Of a stretch of 26,961 nt of DNA, positions 9,905 to 18,092 are shown piece by piece (positions within the stretch are counted from its first letter, which is position 1; each line of letters begins with the position of its first letter). Source of the stretch: a virus (Duplodnaviria > Caudoviricetes); IMG/VR virus record IMGVR_UViG_3300031941_000025, positions 1 to 26,961 of that record; one strand, 5' to 3'. Both the position numbers and the translations under genes were made by a program. The notes under the pieces are model-generated. The model was not told the DNA's origin, did not search any database, and was given only the letters and a program-made list of their open reading frames with translations.

Positions 9905-11002
9905 TCACCCGAATATCGGCCACATGGAGCCCCATTCGAACCCGCCGAATGGACCGGAGTAAGGTTCGGGGAAGTCGACCCCGCGCACGCGCACGAAGTC
10001 GGGGGTGATGTCGTTGATCGTTAGGCCTTCGTTGGCGTCGCCGGTTCGGGCGGTTTCGATGATTTGGTTGCCAAGGCCTACGGAGTAGTTGGCCAGCTTC
10101 TTATCGCCGGTCAAGGCCATGACCACCCTAGCGCCGAGGATATGGGCCCAGGCCTCTTGGAGCTGATCGTCCATGAGTTCTGGATCGGTGATCCGGCAGA
10201 CGTAGTTGAGCGTAGCGAATTCTTGGTTACAAAGAACCACGCGTTGCTGAAACGGCCCGTTGTAGACCACGTTGAAACTGGCCCCAACGCCGCCGACGTT
10301 GCTCGATCCTTGCGGGACAGGGTTGGGATAGCCGTAGAAGTAGCTCCCACCGCCTTTATTTGCCCCGCCATAGATTTGTTGGACCGGAAGGACGGTGGCC
10401 ACACCACCGTAGGCATCGGTGGTTTGGACTGCGAGCTGGGCCGGGGTTCCCATTGGCGAAGAGCCGGGATAGTCTTTGGAGTAGCTCGGGAGGGTTATGA
10501 CCTCCCCCGGAACATGACCCGAACCCGGCGAGACCACTGTGGCCGAAGAGACGGTGTAAAGCGACTCGGTCTGGACCTTGAACTTCACCGGTGGTCCGAG
10601 CCAGAAACTCGGGGCTCCGCCAGTGACAGCGGTGGTGATCGGGATGCCAGAGGCAAAGCCGGTCTGAGTGGCCGGGATTACCGACACCGCCCTTATGCAG
10701 TCGTAGGGGTATTGGTATTCGTAGGCCCACGGCGGCGGCGGCTGGCCCGGCTGCCAGAGGGTGGTGGGGGCGGCGGGGTTTTCTGGGGTCCCTGGGGTGG
10801 ATGTGATATAGACCAAATTCGCGGTTTTCGTTGCACAATCCCACGGCGCCATTCGGAGTAGGCGGAAGAGGGTGTTGTATAGGACCAAGTTGACCTGAAT
10901 CGCTTCATTCGAGGTGTTGCCAGCTAACTCACCCGCGGACACAGTTGTCCGGGTCCCGAGGACCTGTAGTGCTCGGTTCGCGATGTCAAGGACAGCGGTC
11001 AT
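9905..11002 (-). CDS. Tail tubular protein A (adaptor/gatekeeper) with internal insertion
   Basis: DIANRALQVLG...NEA...LLRMAPWDCATK...WAYEYQYPYDCIR...Y...ITDPELMDDQL motifs of gp11-like adaptors; 365 aa, longer than the usual ~200 aa. Confidence 0.85.
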   Translation of the reverse strand: MTAVLDIANRALQVLGTRTTVSAGELAGNTSNEAIQVNLVLYNTLFRLLRMAPWDCATKTANLVYITSTPGTPENPAAPTTLWQPGQPPPPWAYEYQYPYDCIRAVSVIPATQTGFASGIPITTAVTGGAPSFWLGPPVKFKVQTESLYTVSSATVVSPGSGHVPGEVITLPSYSKDYPGSSPMGTPAQLAVQTTDAYGGVATVLPVQQIYGGANKGGGSYFYGYPNPVPQGSSNVGGVGASFNVVYNGPFQQRVVLCNQEFATLNYVCRITDPELMDDQLQEAWAHILGARVVMALTGDKKLANYSVGLGNQIIETARTGDANEGLTINDITPDFVRVRGVDFPEPYSGPFGGFEWGSMWPIFG

Positions 11003-11193
11003 TAGTGTTTACCCTGGGTCCCCTTGTTGCCATGGTTATCCCCGCCGAGCCCCGGCTTGGCCCTCATGTGTTCGGCCGGTCCTTTCGGCGGATCATACGG
11101 GAGAGGCTTCGCTTCACTAACCCCGCCACACTCAGCGCGCCGGCCACCGGGTTTAGACTCCGGGCCATATTCAGAATGAAGTTCACGGGCCAT
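11002..11193 (-). CDS. Small Gly/Pro-rich protein (63 aa) ending GTQGKH
   Basis: Probable true start is ATG 11193 (MARELHSEYG), with AAGGAG 7 nt upstream; stop overlaps the next start (TAATG). It is the 3' part of track ORF 11002..11562. Confidence 0.75.
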   Translation of the reverse strand: MARELHSEYGPESKPGGRRAECGGVSEAKPLPYDPPKGPAEHMRAKPGLGGDNHGNKGTQGKH

Positions 11194-11689
11194 TGGGTTT
11201 CTCCTTTTCCTCTTGAGGGGCCGCTTCTTCCATCGCCGGGATGGGCTTGATGTCCTCCGGCTTCGGGGTAGGGATTGGCGCGATCTCTTCCGGCGAATAG
11301 GTCGGAATCGGCGCCACCTCCGGCTCCCGAATGTCCGGCGGGTAGGCACTCCCAGGCTCCACTTCTTCGGCCGGTTTCTCGCCCTCCGGCGGGGGATAAG
11401 GAACCGGCTCCCCAGAAGGGTAGCGACGAGTCCCTGGAGGGCCCACCTTCGTGGGCATCGGCTTGGGCTCGTTGCCGGCGTAAGGGTCCCCGCCTTCTCC
11501 CATAGTATACTCGATCGGTTTCTCGACCACTTCCTTCGGCCGAGCATTCCATTCCTCGACAATAGGCACGGCCTCGTCGTCGAGTTCAGATAGCTCTATC
11601 TGCACCGCCGCCATAAGCGTGTCGGTGTTGGGAACGCTCGGCAGCTTGGTATAGAGCTCGACGAGCGTCCATGCCTTTGTCCAGTCCAT
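11183..11689 (-). CDS. Hypothetical protein with acidic Pro/Glu-rich disordered C-terminus (168 aa)
   Basis: Start MDWTKAW at 11689 coupled to the upstream stop (TAATG); short helical N-terminus followed by PEPE/APIPT low-complexity tail. Confidence 0.75.
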   Translation of the reverse strand: MDWTKAWTLVELYTKLPSVPNTDTLMAAVQIELSELDDEAVPIVEEWNARPKEVVEKPIEYTMGEGGDPYAGNEPKPMPTKVGPPGTRRYPSGEPVPYPPPEGEKPAEEVEPGSAYPPDIREPEVAPIPTYSPEEIAPIPTPKPEDIKPIPAMEEAAPQEEKEKPNGP

Positions 11690-11886
11690 TAATGTTTCCC
11701 TTGTGATCCACAATGATGCTGTGTAACCCCGGTCTTAGGGGCCTCGTAGCCCCGACCCTTATATAGCTCAATGTGCTTTGTTCGGTGTTGGTGGACACCG
11801 ATCTCAGACACCTTGTCGATGCTCACATGGTGGGCCTTCGGCTCGACCTTGTGGTCGGCGTAGGTCTTACTCGTTCCCTGCTTCAT
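11689..11886 (-). CDS. Small His/Lys-rich protein (65 aa) ending GSQGKH
   Basis: AAAGGA RBS upstream of ATG 11886; TAATG coupling to the next gene; 9 His in 65 aa. Confidence 0.75.
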   Translation of the reverse strand: MKQGTSKTYADHKVEPKAHHVSIDKVSEIGVHQHRTKHIELYKGRGYEAPKTGVTQHHCGSQGKH

Positions 11887-12241
11887 TCTTGGTTCCTTTC
11901 GGTAGAAATCTAGTATGGTCCCAACGGTTCCCGCCCCGCTCGGTCATCTCCCTTCTCACCTGCTCGAAGGCTCCAGCATCAGCGTGGAGGTCTTCGAGGA
12001 GTTGACGGAGCCTGTCGTCACAGCGCTCCATTTCTCTGGCGATCCAGGCCGGGATGACCAACCCGCGCTGTTCATACATGTAAGTGACATCATGGATGTC
12101 ATGCATGTAGTTGGTGAACCGCCGCATCTTCTCCGGCACTTCGCTCTGGGCCTCATCGATAGCATTGGCGATTCGGGTCATCATCGACCGGAGGTGTTTG
12201 ATGTCCCTGGCCATTCGTTCTAGTGAATCTGCAACGGTCAT
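11867..12241 (-). CDS. Hypothetical alpha-helical protein (124 aa)
   Basis: ATGA overlap with the upstream gene; fills the operon; coiled-coil-like sequence with a YMHDIHD motif. Confidence 0.75.
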   Translation of the reverse strand: MTVADSLERMARDIKHLRSMMTRIANAIDEAQSEVPEKMRRFTNYMHDIHDVTYMYEQRGLVIPAWIAREMERCDDRLRQLLEDLHADAGAFEQVRREMTERGGNRWDHTRFLPKGTKNEAGNE

Positions 12242-12387
12242 TTCTTTTTCGGGGCCTTCTTCGGGAGTTTGCCGCCTTTATCAGCGGCTATGAATTCCTT
12301 CCCGACTTTCTTCGGGATGCCGAGGGTGCTCTTGCCGCTCATAGCCGCGGCCATGGCTTTGCGCTGTTGTTCGGATTTTGGGGGCAT
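12238..12387 (-). CDS. Small Lys-rich basic protein (49 aa, [15 protein letters not shown]...[10 protein letters not shown])
   Basis: ATG 12387 preceded by AAGGA, 2 nt after the previous stop; 13 Lys in 49 aa; resembles a recurrent small phage virion-module peptide type (MPxKSxxQ..M.AA...GIPxKVxKEF). It is the 3' part of track ORF 12238..12816. Confidence 0.75.
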   Translation of the reverse strand: MPPKSEQQRKAMAAAMSGKSTLGIPKKVGKEFIAADKGGKLPKKAPKKK

Positions 12388-12389
12388 GG

Positions 12390-12749
12390 TTAGATCCTTG
12401 ACATAACTACGGTTAAGGGGTTGTTGACACCACTCGCCGAGAAGGCTTGCCATTGCTTCTGGACTTCGCCGGTTAGGGTGAGGGCGCCACCATTCGCATA
12501 GACCCGGAAGCATCCGCCCAAAAGCGCCACGTTTGGGACCAGCGGAGAATCCGAGCCAGAATTCTGGATCATCATCGGGCCGATGAATATATCCACCGGC
12601 CCAGGGTTGTGGAAGGTCACTGACACCCGCGCGGGGTCGGGCGAGAGGATCGGTTGAGGGGTGGTTGAGATGGAGTTGAAAGCGTAGACCAACCCGCCGG
12701 AGGCTATTGATCCGGTGATGGCCCCGCCTGGGTTGGACTGGATGAACAT
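12390..12749 (-). CDS. Small beta-rich putative virion (head decoration/fibre base) protein, no signal peptide
   Basis: 119 aa; TAATG coupling; beta-sandwich-like pattern [17 protein letters not shown]...NNPLTV. Confidence 0.65.
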   Translation of the reverse strand: MFIQSNPGGAITGSIASGGLVYAFNSISTTPQPILSPDPARVSVTFHNPGPVDIFIGPMMIQNSGSDSPLVPNVALLGGCFRVYANGGALTLTGEVQKQWQAFSASGVNNPLTVVMSRI

Positions 12750-13363
12750 TAGAGGCCTCGCCTACTGGCCCGGGAATTTTCCTCAGGGGTGAAGTCGGTG
12801 AGAGGTTCGAGGTCATCGACCGCTTGTTCCAGCGGAAGCTCAGGCTCCGCTCGACGTTTGGCGGTCAGGGCCTTGATGAGTTCGGAATTCTGTTGAAGAA
12901 TCGAGGCCATGGTGACCATGAACTGGTCCATCCCTTCGATCCTAACCGGGGCCTGATTGGCCTGGGCCGATGCCATCGCCTCTTCGAACCGGTCGACGAT
13001 GGATTGGGAATAATTCCCCGGCATGTCGGTGTCGGGCTTGAACTTCCAGCGGTCTTCGAAACCGGCCGAAATGGCCCGAGCTTCATCGTCGACCGGGATC
13101 ATGTCTGGCGTGGGATCGCCGAGGAAGGCCAAGTCATGCCGCTCGCCTTTGTTAGGCAGGCAGACAATCACCTCGCCCTCCGTGTTTCCTTGTGGCCCCC
13201 AACGGTTAGTCCAATCCATTGGGTCCTTTGGATCGACATAGCGCGGGACAGTGAACTTCTTCCGAATCTGTCGGCCGGACCCTCGGTCGGTTTCCTGATA
13301 CTCCCATTCAGTAGCATCCACGCAATGGAGATAGTGAGGGGTAGCGAGCTTCCATCTGGCCAT
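12749..13363 (-). CDS. Conserved hypothetical virion-module protein ([12 protein letters not shown]...[14 protein letters not shown])
   Basis: Strong RBS AAAGGAG 6 nt before ATG 13363, which I prefer over the track start at 13381. Confidence 0.75.
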   Translation of the reverse strand: MARWKLATPHYLHCVDATEWEYQETDRGSGRQIRKKFTVPRYVDPKDPMDWTNRWGPQGNTEGEVIVCLPNKGERHDLAFLGDPTPDMIPVDDEARAISAGFEDRWKFKPDTDMPGNYSQSIVDRFEEAMASAQANQAPVRIEGMDQFMVTMASILQQNSELIKALTAKRRAEPELPLEQAVDDLEPLTDFTPEENSRASRRGL

Positions 13364-13374
13364 TCGGTTCTCCT

Positions 13375-15423
13375 TTACCAAACGTAGGCGATCGAGACGT
13401 TGCCGCAGGCAGAGGCGTTTTGATATGGGCCGGTTATGTTGGTCGACAGGTCGATGCCGAGGAGCATGATGTAGCAGGCCCCGACACCTATAGTGATACC
13501 ATAGGCCTGTTGCTCCGTGCCACCGTTAGGATCGCAGCCGCCATACTGCCCGCCAGTGACCATGACATGCTGAGTGTTGTTGTTGATCCACAGACCACTG
13601 GAGGAGTTAGGGTGGGTCCAGCTGTTATTACAGGCCATTCCATTGGAGATCGACATGCTTTGGGTCGAATCAACAAACATCCCATGGCCTTGGTTTCGCC
13701 ACATCAACGGGCTGTCGAACTGGAACGCGCCACAAAGCGACGAGGCTACGTTGCAGTTGATCTGAAACCCATTCCCCGCACTGGCGCCGGCGATGACGTT
13801 GGTCAATTTGACGTAGTAAATTCCGGTGCCAACGGAGGGTTGAATGAGCATGCCCTCGGAGTTGAACGTCAATATGTCGTTTTCGAGGAAGGTGTATTGA
13901 GTATTATGGCCGGCCGATGGATAAAGCCCGATCCCAATGCCGGTGCTGAACCCGGTGGCGTTGACGTTGGTGACCCGGATGGCGTTGGTGTTGTCCAGCC
14001 AAATTCCCCAGCCGCCGGTATAGCCGCCGCCGGCGATAATTCGGCCGTGGTCGATGTCGAGATCGCCAACAACGCCCGAGTTATCATTCCCCACCAATAT
14101 CCCGTTTCGGGTAAGCATGTAGAAGTTGTGGATATAGCCGATATCTTGGCTCGCGCCACCTTCCCAAGCTACGCCCCAACTCGATCCGTAGGTTTCAAAG
14201 TTGTCGAGAAGGACGTGAGAGGAATTGGCGACGTAGATAGTCTGCCCAACGGTCTGGAAAGTGGAATGTTGGAGTTGAATGTCCCTAACAGCGACATAGC
14301 TCGCGTTGGCGATGTAAATCATCGTCGCGCCATCGCCAGCGGTGTTGTAGAGAACGGTATTGTCCCTACCTTGGCCGACGAGGTAGACGTGCGACGGGAG
14401 AGTTAGGGTATTCGAAAGAACGCAGAGCCCGTTCGGAAGAACGATCATGCCGCCAAAGTATTGGTTCGAGACTCCGTTGATTAAGGTCTGAAGGGCATAC
14501 CAATCATCGGTCGAACCGTCGCATCTAACTCCAGTATCGGCGCCGGTCGCGAAGACCGAGAGGCGGTTGGCGATTGGGATGTTAACAGCTCCCGCGAACT
14601 TCGGGTTGGTGTAGAATCCGTTGGAGCAATTGTGGACATAGGCGGTCGTGGCTGCGTTGCCGGAGTTGTCGGCGCAAGACCAAGTCGGCGCCTGGAGGCC
14701 GTTGGAGAAGCTGCCGATGCCGGTGGCGCGATTGATCGAGAATGGGTTGCCGAGATAGGCCCCGAAGTCGTTGTAGCTGTAGACCCCAAAATCCGACCCA
14801 ACATTCCCGCCAGATTCCGCGGCCGCGTTACCGAACTGGAGCTGCCACCGTAGGATCCCATTGGTCCAGCCTTGAAGGGCGCTGGCACCTGGGCCAAGGG
14901 CGTGGTTGAGGGCCATAATCGCGTTCGGGAATCCACTACCTAGAACCACCTCGCCGTTAGAGCGGTTGATATTAAACGGCTGGCCGATATAACCCCCGGT
15001 GTTGCTGTAGGCGTTGATGGCGAAATTCGAGCCCACGTTGCCAGGACCCTCAGGCGCCGAGTCGCCTAGAAACACGCCCCAACGAAGCGACGGGGTAATG
15101 GACCCGGTGTAGCCCGCAATGACATTAGCGTAGTTAGGCCCTCCATTCTCCAGGGCTAAAGTAGACGAGCCGCCTGGGTTGGCGACAGTGACCGACACGC
15201 CGAACTGTGGGTTGGGGCAGACGGTTAGGTTTCCGCTGACCACACAGAGCGGCGGGGACACCTGGACCCCGCTCAAGGCCTGTTGGACGAACGCTGTGCT
15301 GGCGCAGGCGTTGGTCGAATCTCCTTGTGGCCGCGTGGCGCAGGTCACATTCTGCGCATGGGCCGAAGGCGGGAGACAGAGACAAGCAGCGGTTGCGAGG
15401 AGGGCTGCGATTAGCGCTTTCAT
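13375..15423 (-). CDS. Tail fibre/tailspike with beta-helix (pectate-lyase-3-like) domain and Sec signal peptide
   Basis: Signal MKALIAALLATAACLCLPPSAHA/Q; fibre motifs (GDSTNACASTAFVQ; DNSGNAATTAYV); two LRW...GSxF...INRxxG repeats; GVRCDGSTDDWYALQTLIN...VLPNGLC beta-helix entry motif followed by Asn/Gly-rich coils. Confidence 0.8.
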   Translation of the reverse strand: MKALIAALLATAACLCLPPSAHAQNVTCATRPQGDSTNACASTAFVQQALSGVQVSPPLCVVSGNLTVCPNPQFGVSVTVANPGGSSTLALENGGPNYANVIAGYTGSITPSLRWGVFLGDSAPEGPGNVGSNFAINAYSNTGGYIGQPFNINRSNGEVVLGSGFPNAIMALNHALGPGASALQGWTNGILRWQLQFGNAAAESGGNVGSDFGVYSYNDFGAYLGNPFSINRATGIGSFSNGLQAPTWSCADNSGNAATTAYVHNCSNGFYTNPKFAGAVNIPIANRLSVFATGADTGVRCDGSTDDWYALQTLINGVSNQYFGGMIVLPNGLCVLSNTLTLPSHVYLVGQGRDNTVLYNTAGDGATMIYIANASYVAVRDIQLQHSTFQTVGQTIYVANSSHVLLDNFETYGSSWGVAWEGGASQDIGYIHNFYMLTRNGILVGNDNSGVVGDLDIDHGRIIAGGGYTGGWGIWLDNTNAIRVTNVNATGFSTGIGIGLYPSAGHNTQYTFLENDILTFNSEGMLIQPSVGTGIYYVKLTNVIAGASAGNGFQINCNVASSLCGAFQFDSPLMWRNQGHGMFVDSTQSMSISNGMACNNSWTHPNSSSGLWINNNTQHVMVTGGQYGGCDPNGGTEQQAYGITIGVGACYIMLLGIDLSTNITGPYQNASACGNVSIAYVW
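14720..15090 (-). repeat. Two ~45-aa tail-fibre repeats in the 682-aa gene
   Basis: LRWGVFLGDSAPEGPGNVGSNFAINAYSNTGGYIGQPFNINRSNG versus LRWQLQFGNAAAESGGNVGSDFGVYSYNDFGAYLGNPFSINRATG. Confidence 0.85.
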
Positions 15424-15424
15424 G

Positions 15425-18085
15425 TCAGTTCACCGCGCTGTTGGCCGGAGCAGTTCGGACAAACAATCGTAGCGGGACCGCTGTGCCGGCGATGTTAGCG
15501 TTGCCAGACATAGTGAGCTGTGCGGCAGTGACGGCGGTTAGGGTGCCATTCACGGCCGAGAACTGATTCGATCTCCAGTCGTCATTCCAGATCAAATCGC
15601 CGACTTTGATGTCGGTGGTGACCCAAGAGTTTCCGCCTTGCGGGGCGCCGACGGATGTGATCGTGGCCGCGGTGGTGGAGAAGTTCCCGACGGTGTAGGT
15701 GGTTGGGGTGTAGAACCTGGAGACGAGTATCCAGAAATACGTTCCAGCGGTGAAGGCGATCGGGGTAATGGCCTGGGCCACGCCACCGACGGTCTTGTAG
15801 TTATTCTGCTGAACCGCGGTGATCACCGGCGGCGAGGCAGCGGACACTGACCGAACCCACCAAACAGTCCCGGTTGAATCGTCCCAGATACAGTCGCCAT
15901 TGGTTGGGCCATTTTGGAATATCGTGGCCGGTGTGTTGCCGGCCGGCATGGTGAAGGTTAGGACTAGTTTGCCGCCGGAATTGGCGTTGGTGGGCGTTCC
16001 GAGGGAACCCTTGTCAAGGGTCGTGATCCATCGGACTTGGGGATTGATCACCCCATCATCGTCGGGTTGGCCACTGGCGCAGAGCCGGTCGGCCAAGTAG
16101 CTGGCGCACTGTGGCCTGGCGGCATAGCGCTGCCTCGGCCCCGACCAGTTAGAGTAGAAACTGGCCACGGTGTCGACGTTGGTCTGTTCAAATGCAACGC
16201 GTTGCTTCGCTTGGCGCTCGTTGAGGTTGTTCCAACGCGCCATGATGATGCCTTGGCAGGTGGCGTTAGAGGCAAGGCATTTATACGCAGCCCCGTTGCC
16301 ACTACCGACCGGACCACCAGTTCCATAGCGGAGCACTTGGCATTGGAAACGTGTGCCGTCGAAGGTGATATCCGGCGACATGTAGGAGGTAGTGAACACG
16401 GACCAATAGTTCGTCATCACACCGCCGACGAATCGAAGGCCAATGGCCTGGTTACCACCGTCGAGCATCACGAGCGGAATGCCTCGGGTGTAGGATGGGT
16501 TTTGGGCCGAAAAGTCGAACTGACAGTCATAGAAGCCGATCGAAGTCTCGGACCCGGACCCGGCATTGATAAGGCCGATCTTATACCCGGCCTCGATGTA
16601 GAACGTAACGAGGCTGAATGGGGCGGAGATTGATGTCGAGCCAATGTTGACGACGTTCATGCATCCCGAACCATCGCAGCCGAGCTGTGGGCCACCGATC
16701 TTACCGGCCTGATGGCCATAAGTATTTCCGTCCCAGATGACATAAGCGTTGGCAAAGCTACAGCCCTGCGAAGCGACTTCGCGGGATTGGGTGTTGCCGA
16801 CACCGATGCAGACCTTGTTGTTCTCGAAGACGCAGTTGTCGGTGCGAGTGAAGTCGCCGTTGGAATCCCAGTTTGATGTCTGGCAAGCAACGGCTACAAC
16901 GAACCCGTGGAAGCCACAGTTGCGCATGAAGGTGTTTGAGGACGGGGTCTGGTTGCCGGTGTTGGTCGTCAGACCGACCGTGGAATACATCGTCCCGCCA
17001 CCCGCGTAAGATGGCCGAGTGAAGTTGGGGTAAGCTGGCGAGGGGATTGGGCCGGAGTAGGGATCGATGCAGATGCCACAATACTGCGTGTATTGGGTAT
17101 CGGCCGCTGCTGACATGGTCGGGCCACCAGAGGCCGTGCCTACCCAATTCGCTGCGATGCTGTCGTCGTTGAGAGCACCGCCCACCAGGCCCATGTTGTT
17201 GTTGTTGATCCAGTCCCACAACCGGCCCCAGAAACTAATGCCGGTGATCATAGTGTCGCGGCCGCCGTTGACGCAGACGGCAGGGGCGTTGGTGAAGTCG
17301 CAAAGGATCAAAGGTGCGTAACCGGCGCCGATCGCTCGGCCTGGACCTTCTAGGCGACAGGTCCTGAACGCATCACCATAGCCGAGCTGGAGCGAGGTGG
17401 TGGTTCGGTAGCAGCCGGTGAGGTTCACCGCGGTCCTGGTAAATCCCCGGAAGCTCACTCGATCCGCAAGGCCGAAATACATATGCGCGTCGATGACGTT
17501 CTGAAGCGCAACGGTGTTGTCGGTCCCGGTCCAAGAACCGGCGGTTCCTTCGGACCATGCCGCATCGCCGACAGCTCCGGCCATTTCTGGGACCAGAATC
17601 TTCATCCCGCCAGCGTCGCCGCACCATTCCCAATACGTTCCGTCAGTGGAATGTATCCAAAGCGCATGGCCGGGCTGGGCGGTGACTCGGCGATACATGC
17701 TTGCTCCGCCGTCGCCGGGATTGGTATACCCGGCGATGCGGATGTAGTTGACCGTTCCAGCGATAGTTGCGGCCGTGGCCTGGGCCTTGCTGTCGAAATC
17801 ATACGGATCAGAGCCACCGCCGGTTGCCGGCGCTAGCGCACCGACCTGGGCGCCGGTGGCCTTCTTCGAAGCACCGCCTTGGGTGACAATGAACAGGTCC
17901 GAATTCGACAAGGCCGAGGCGGCGGGTAGGTTGGTGATGGTGGAATCGGCCAAGGCCTTGCCGGCGATGACGCTGCCAAGAAGGCCCAGCGATACCGACC
18001 GACGGGTAACTCTTCTGCTCCTGTCGGCCAACTTAAGCGTCCCTTCGATGAAGCGACGCGTTCCACGGAATTTGCGTTGAGTCAT
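15425..18085 (-). CDS. Tailspike/depolymerase-like beta-helix protein with twin-arginine (Tat-like) signal peptide; alternative TTG start at 18031
   Basis: SRRVTRRSVSLGLLGSVIAGKALA/DS leader; ITNLPAASAL...VTQGGASKKAT fibre N-terminal motif; IAGYTNPGDGGASMY...STDGTYWE tailspike domain; PEMAGAVGD...TDNTVALQNVID beta-helix entry motif. Confidence 0.8.
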   Translation of the reverse strand: MTQRKFRGTRRFIEGTLKLADRSRRVTRRSVSLGLLGSVIAGKALADSTITNLPAASALSNSDLFIVTQGGASKKATGAQVGALAPATGGGSDPYDFDSKAQATAATIAGTVNYIRIAGYTNPGDGGASMYRRVTAQPGHALWIHSTDGTYWEWCGDAGGMKILVPEMAGAVGDAAWSEGTAGSWTGTDNTVALQNVIDAHMYFGLADRVSFRGFTRTAVNLTGCYRTTTSLQLGYGDAFRTCRLEGPGRAIGAGYAPLILCDFTNAPAVCVNGGRDTMITGISFWGRLWDWINNNNMGLVGGALNDDSIAANWVGTASGGPTMSAAADTQYTQYCGICIDPYSGPIPSPAYPNFTRPSYAGGGTMYSTVGLTTNTGNQTPSSNTFMRNCGFHGFVVAVACQTSNWDSNGDFTRTDNCVFENNKVCIGVGNTQSREVASQGCSFANAYVIWDGNTYGHQAGKIGGPQLGCDGSGCMNVVNIGSTSISAPFSLVTFYIEAGYKIGLINAGSGSETSIGFYDCQFDFSAQNPSYTRGIPLVMLDGGNQAIGLRFVGGVMTNYWSVFTTSYMSPDITFDGTRFQCQVLRYGTGGPVGSGNGAAYKCLASNATCQGIIMARWNNLNERQAKQRVAFEQTNVDTVASFYSNWSGPRQRYAARPQCASYLADRLCASGQPDDDGVINPQVRWITTLDKGSLGTPTNANSGGKLVLTFTMPAGNTPATIFQNGPTNGDCIWDDSTGTVWWVRSVSAASPPVITAVQQNNYKTVGGVAQAITPIAFTAGTYFWILVSRFYTPTTYTVGNFSTTAATITSVGAPQGGNSWVTTDIKVGDLIWNDDWRSNQFSAVNGTLTAVTAAQLTMSGNANIAGTAVPLRLFVRTAPANSAVN

Positions 18086-18092
18086 GATCGCC

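Noticed and set aside
11194-11562. 5' extension of track ORF 11002..11562 (Arg-rich 186 aa)
   Set aside because: Overlaps the real 11183..11689 gene; a strong RBS supports the start at 11193.
12388-12816. 5' extension of track ORF 12238..12816
   Set aside because: Overlaps 12390..12749; the RBS and composition support the 49-aa gene starting at 12387.
15355-15423. Lipoprotein (lipobox) reading of LLATAAC in the 682-aa gene leader
   Set aside because: The -3 residue is Thr, not L/V/I, and a clear P-S-A-H-A/Q signal peptidase I site follows. Not fully excluded.
13375-18085. Diversity-generating retroelement target, as in BPP-1
   Set aside because: No reverse transcriptase and no TR/VR nucleotide repeat pair noticed in the window; the spikes are beta-helix type rather than C-type-lectin Mtd.
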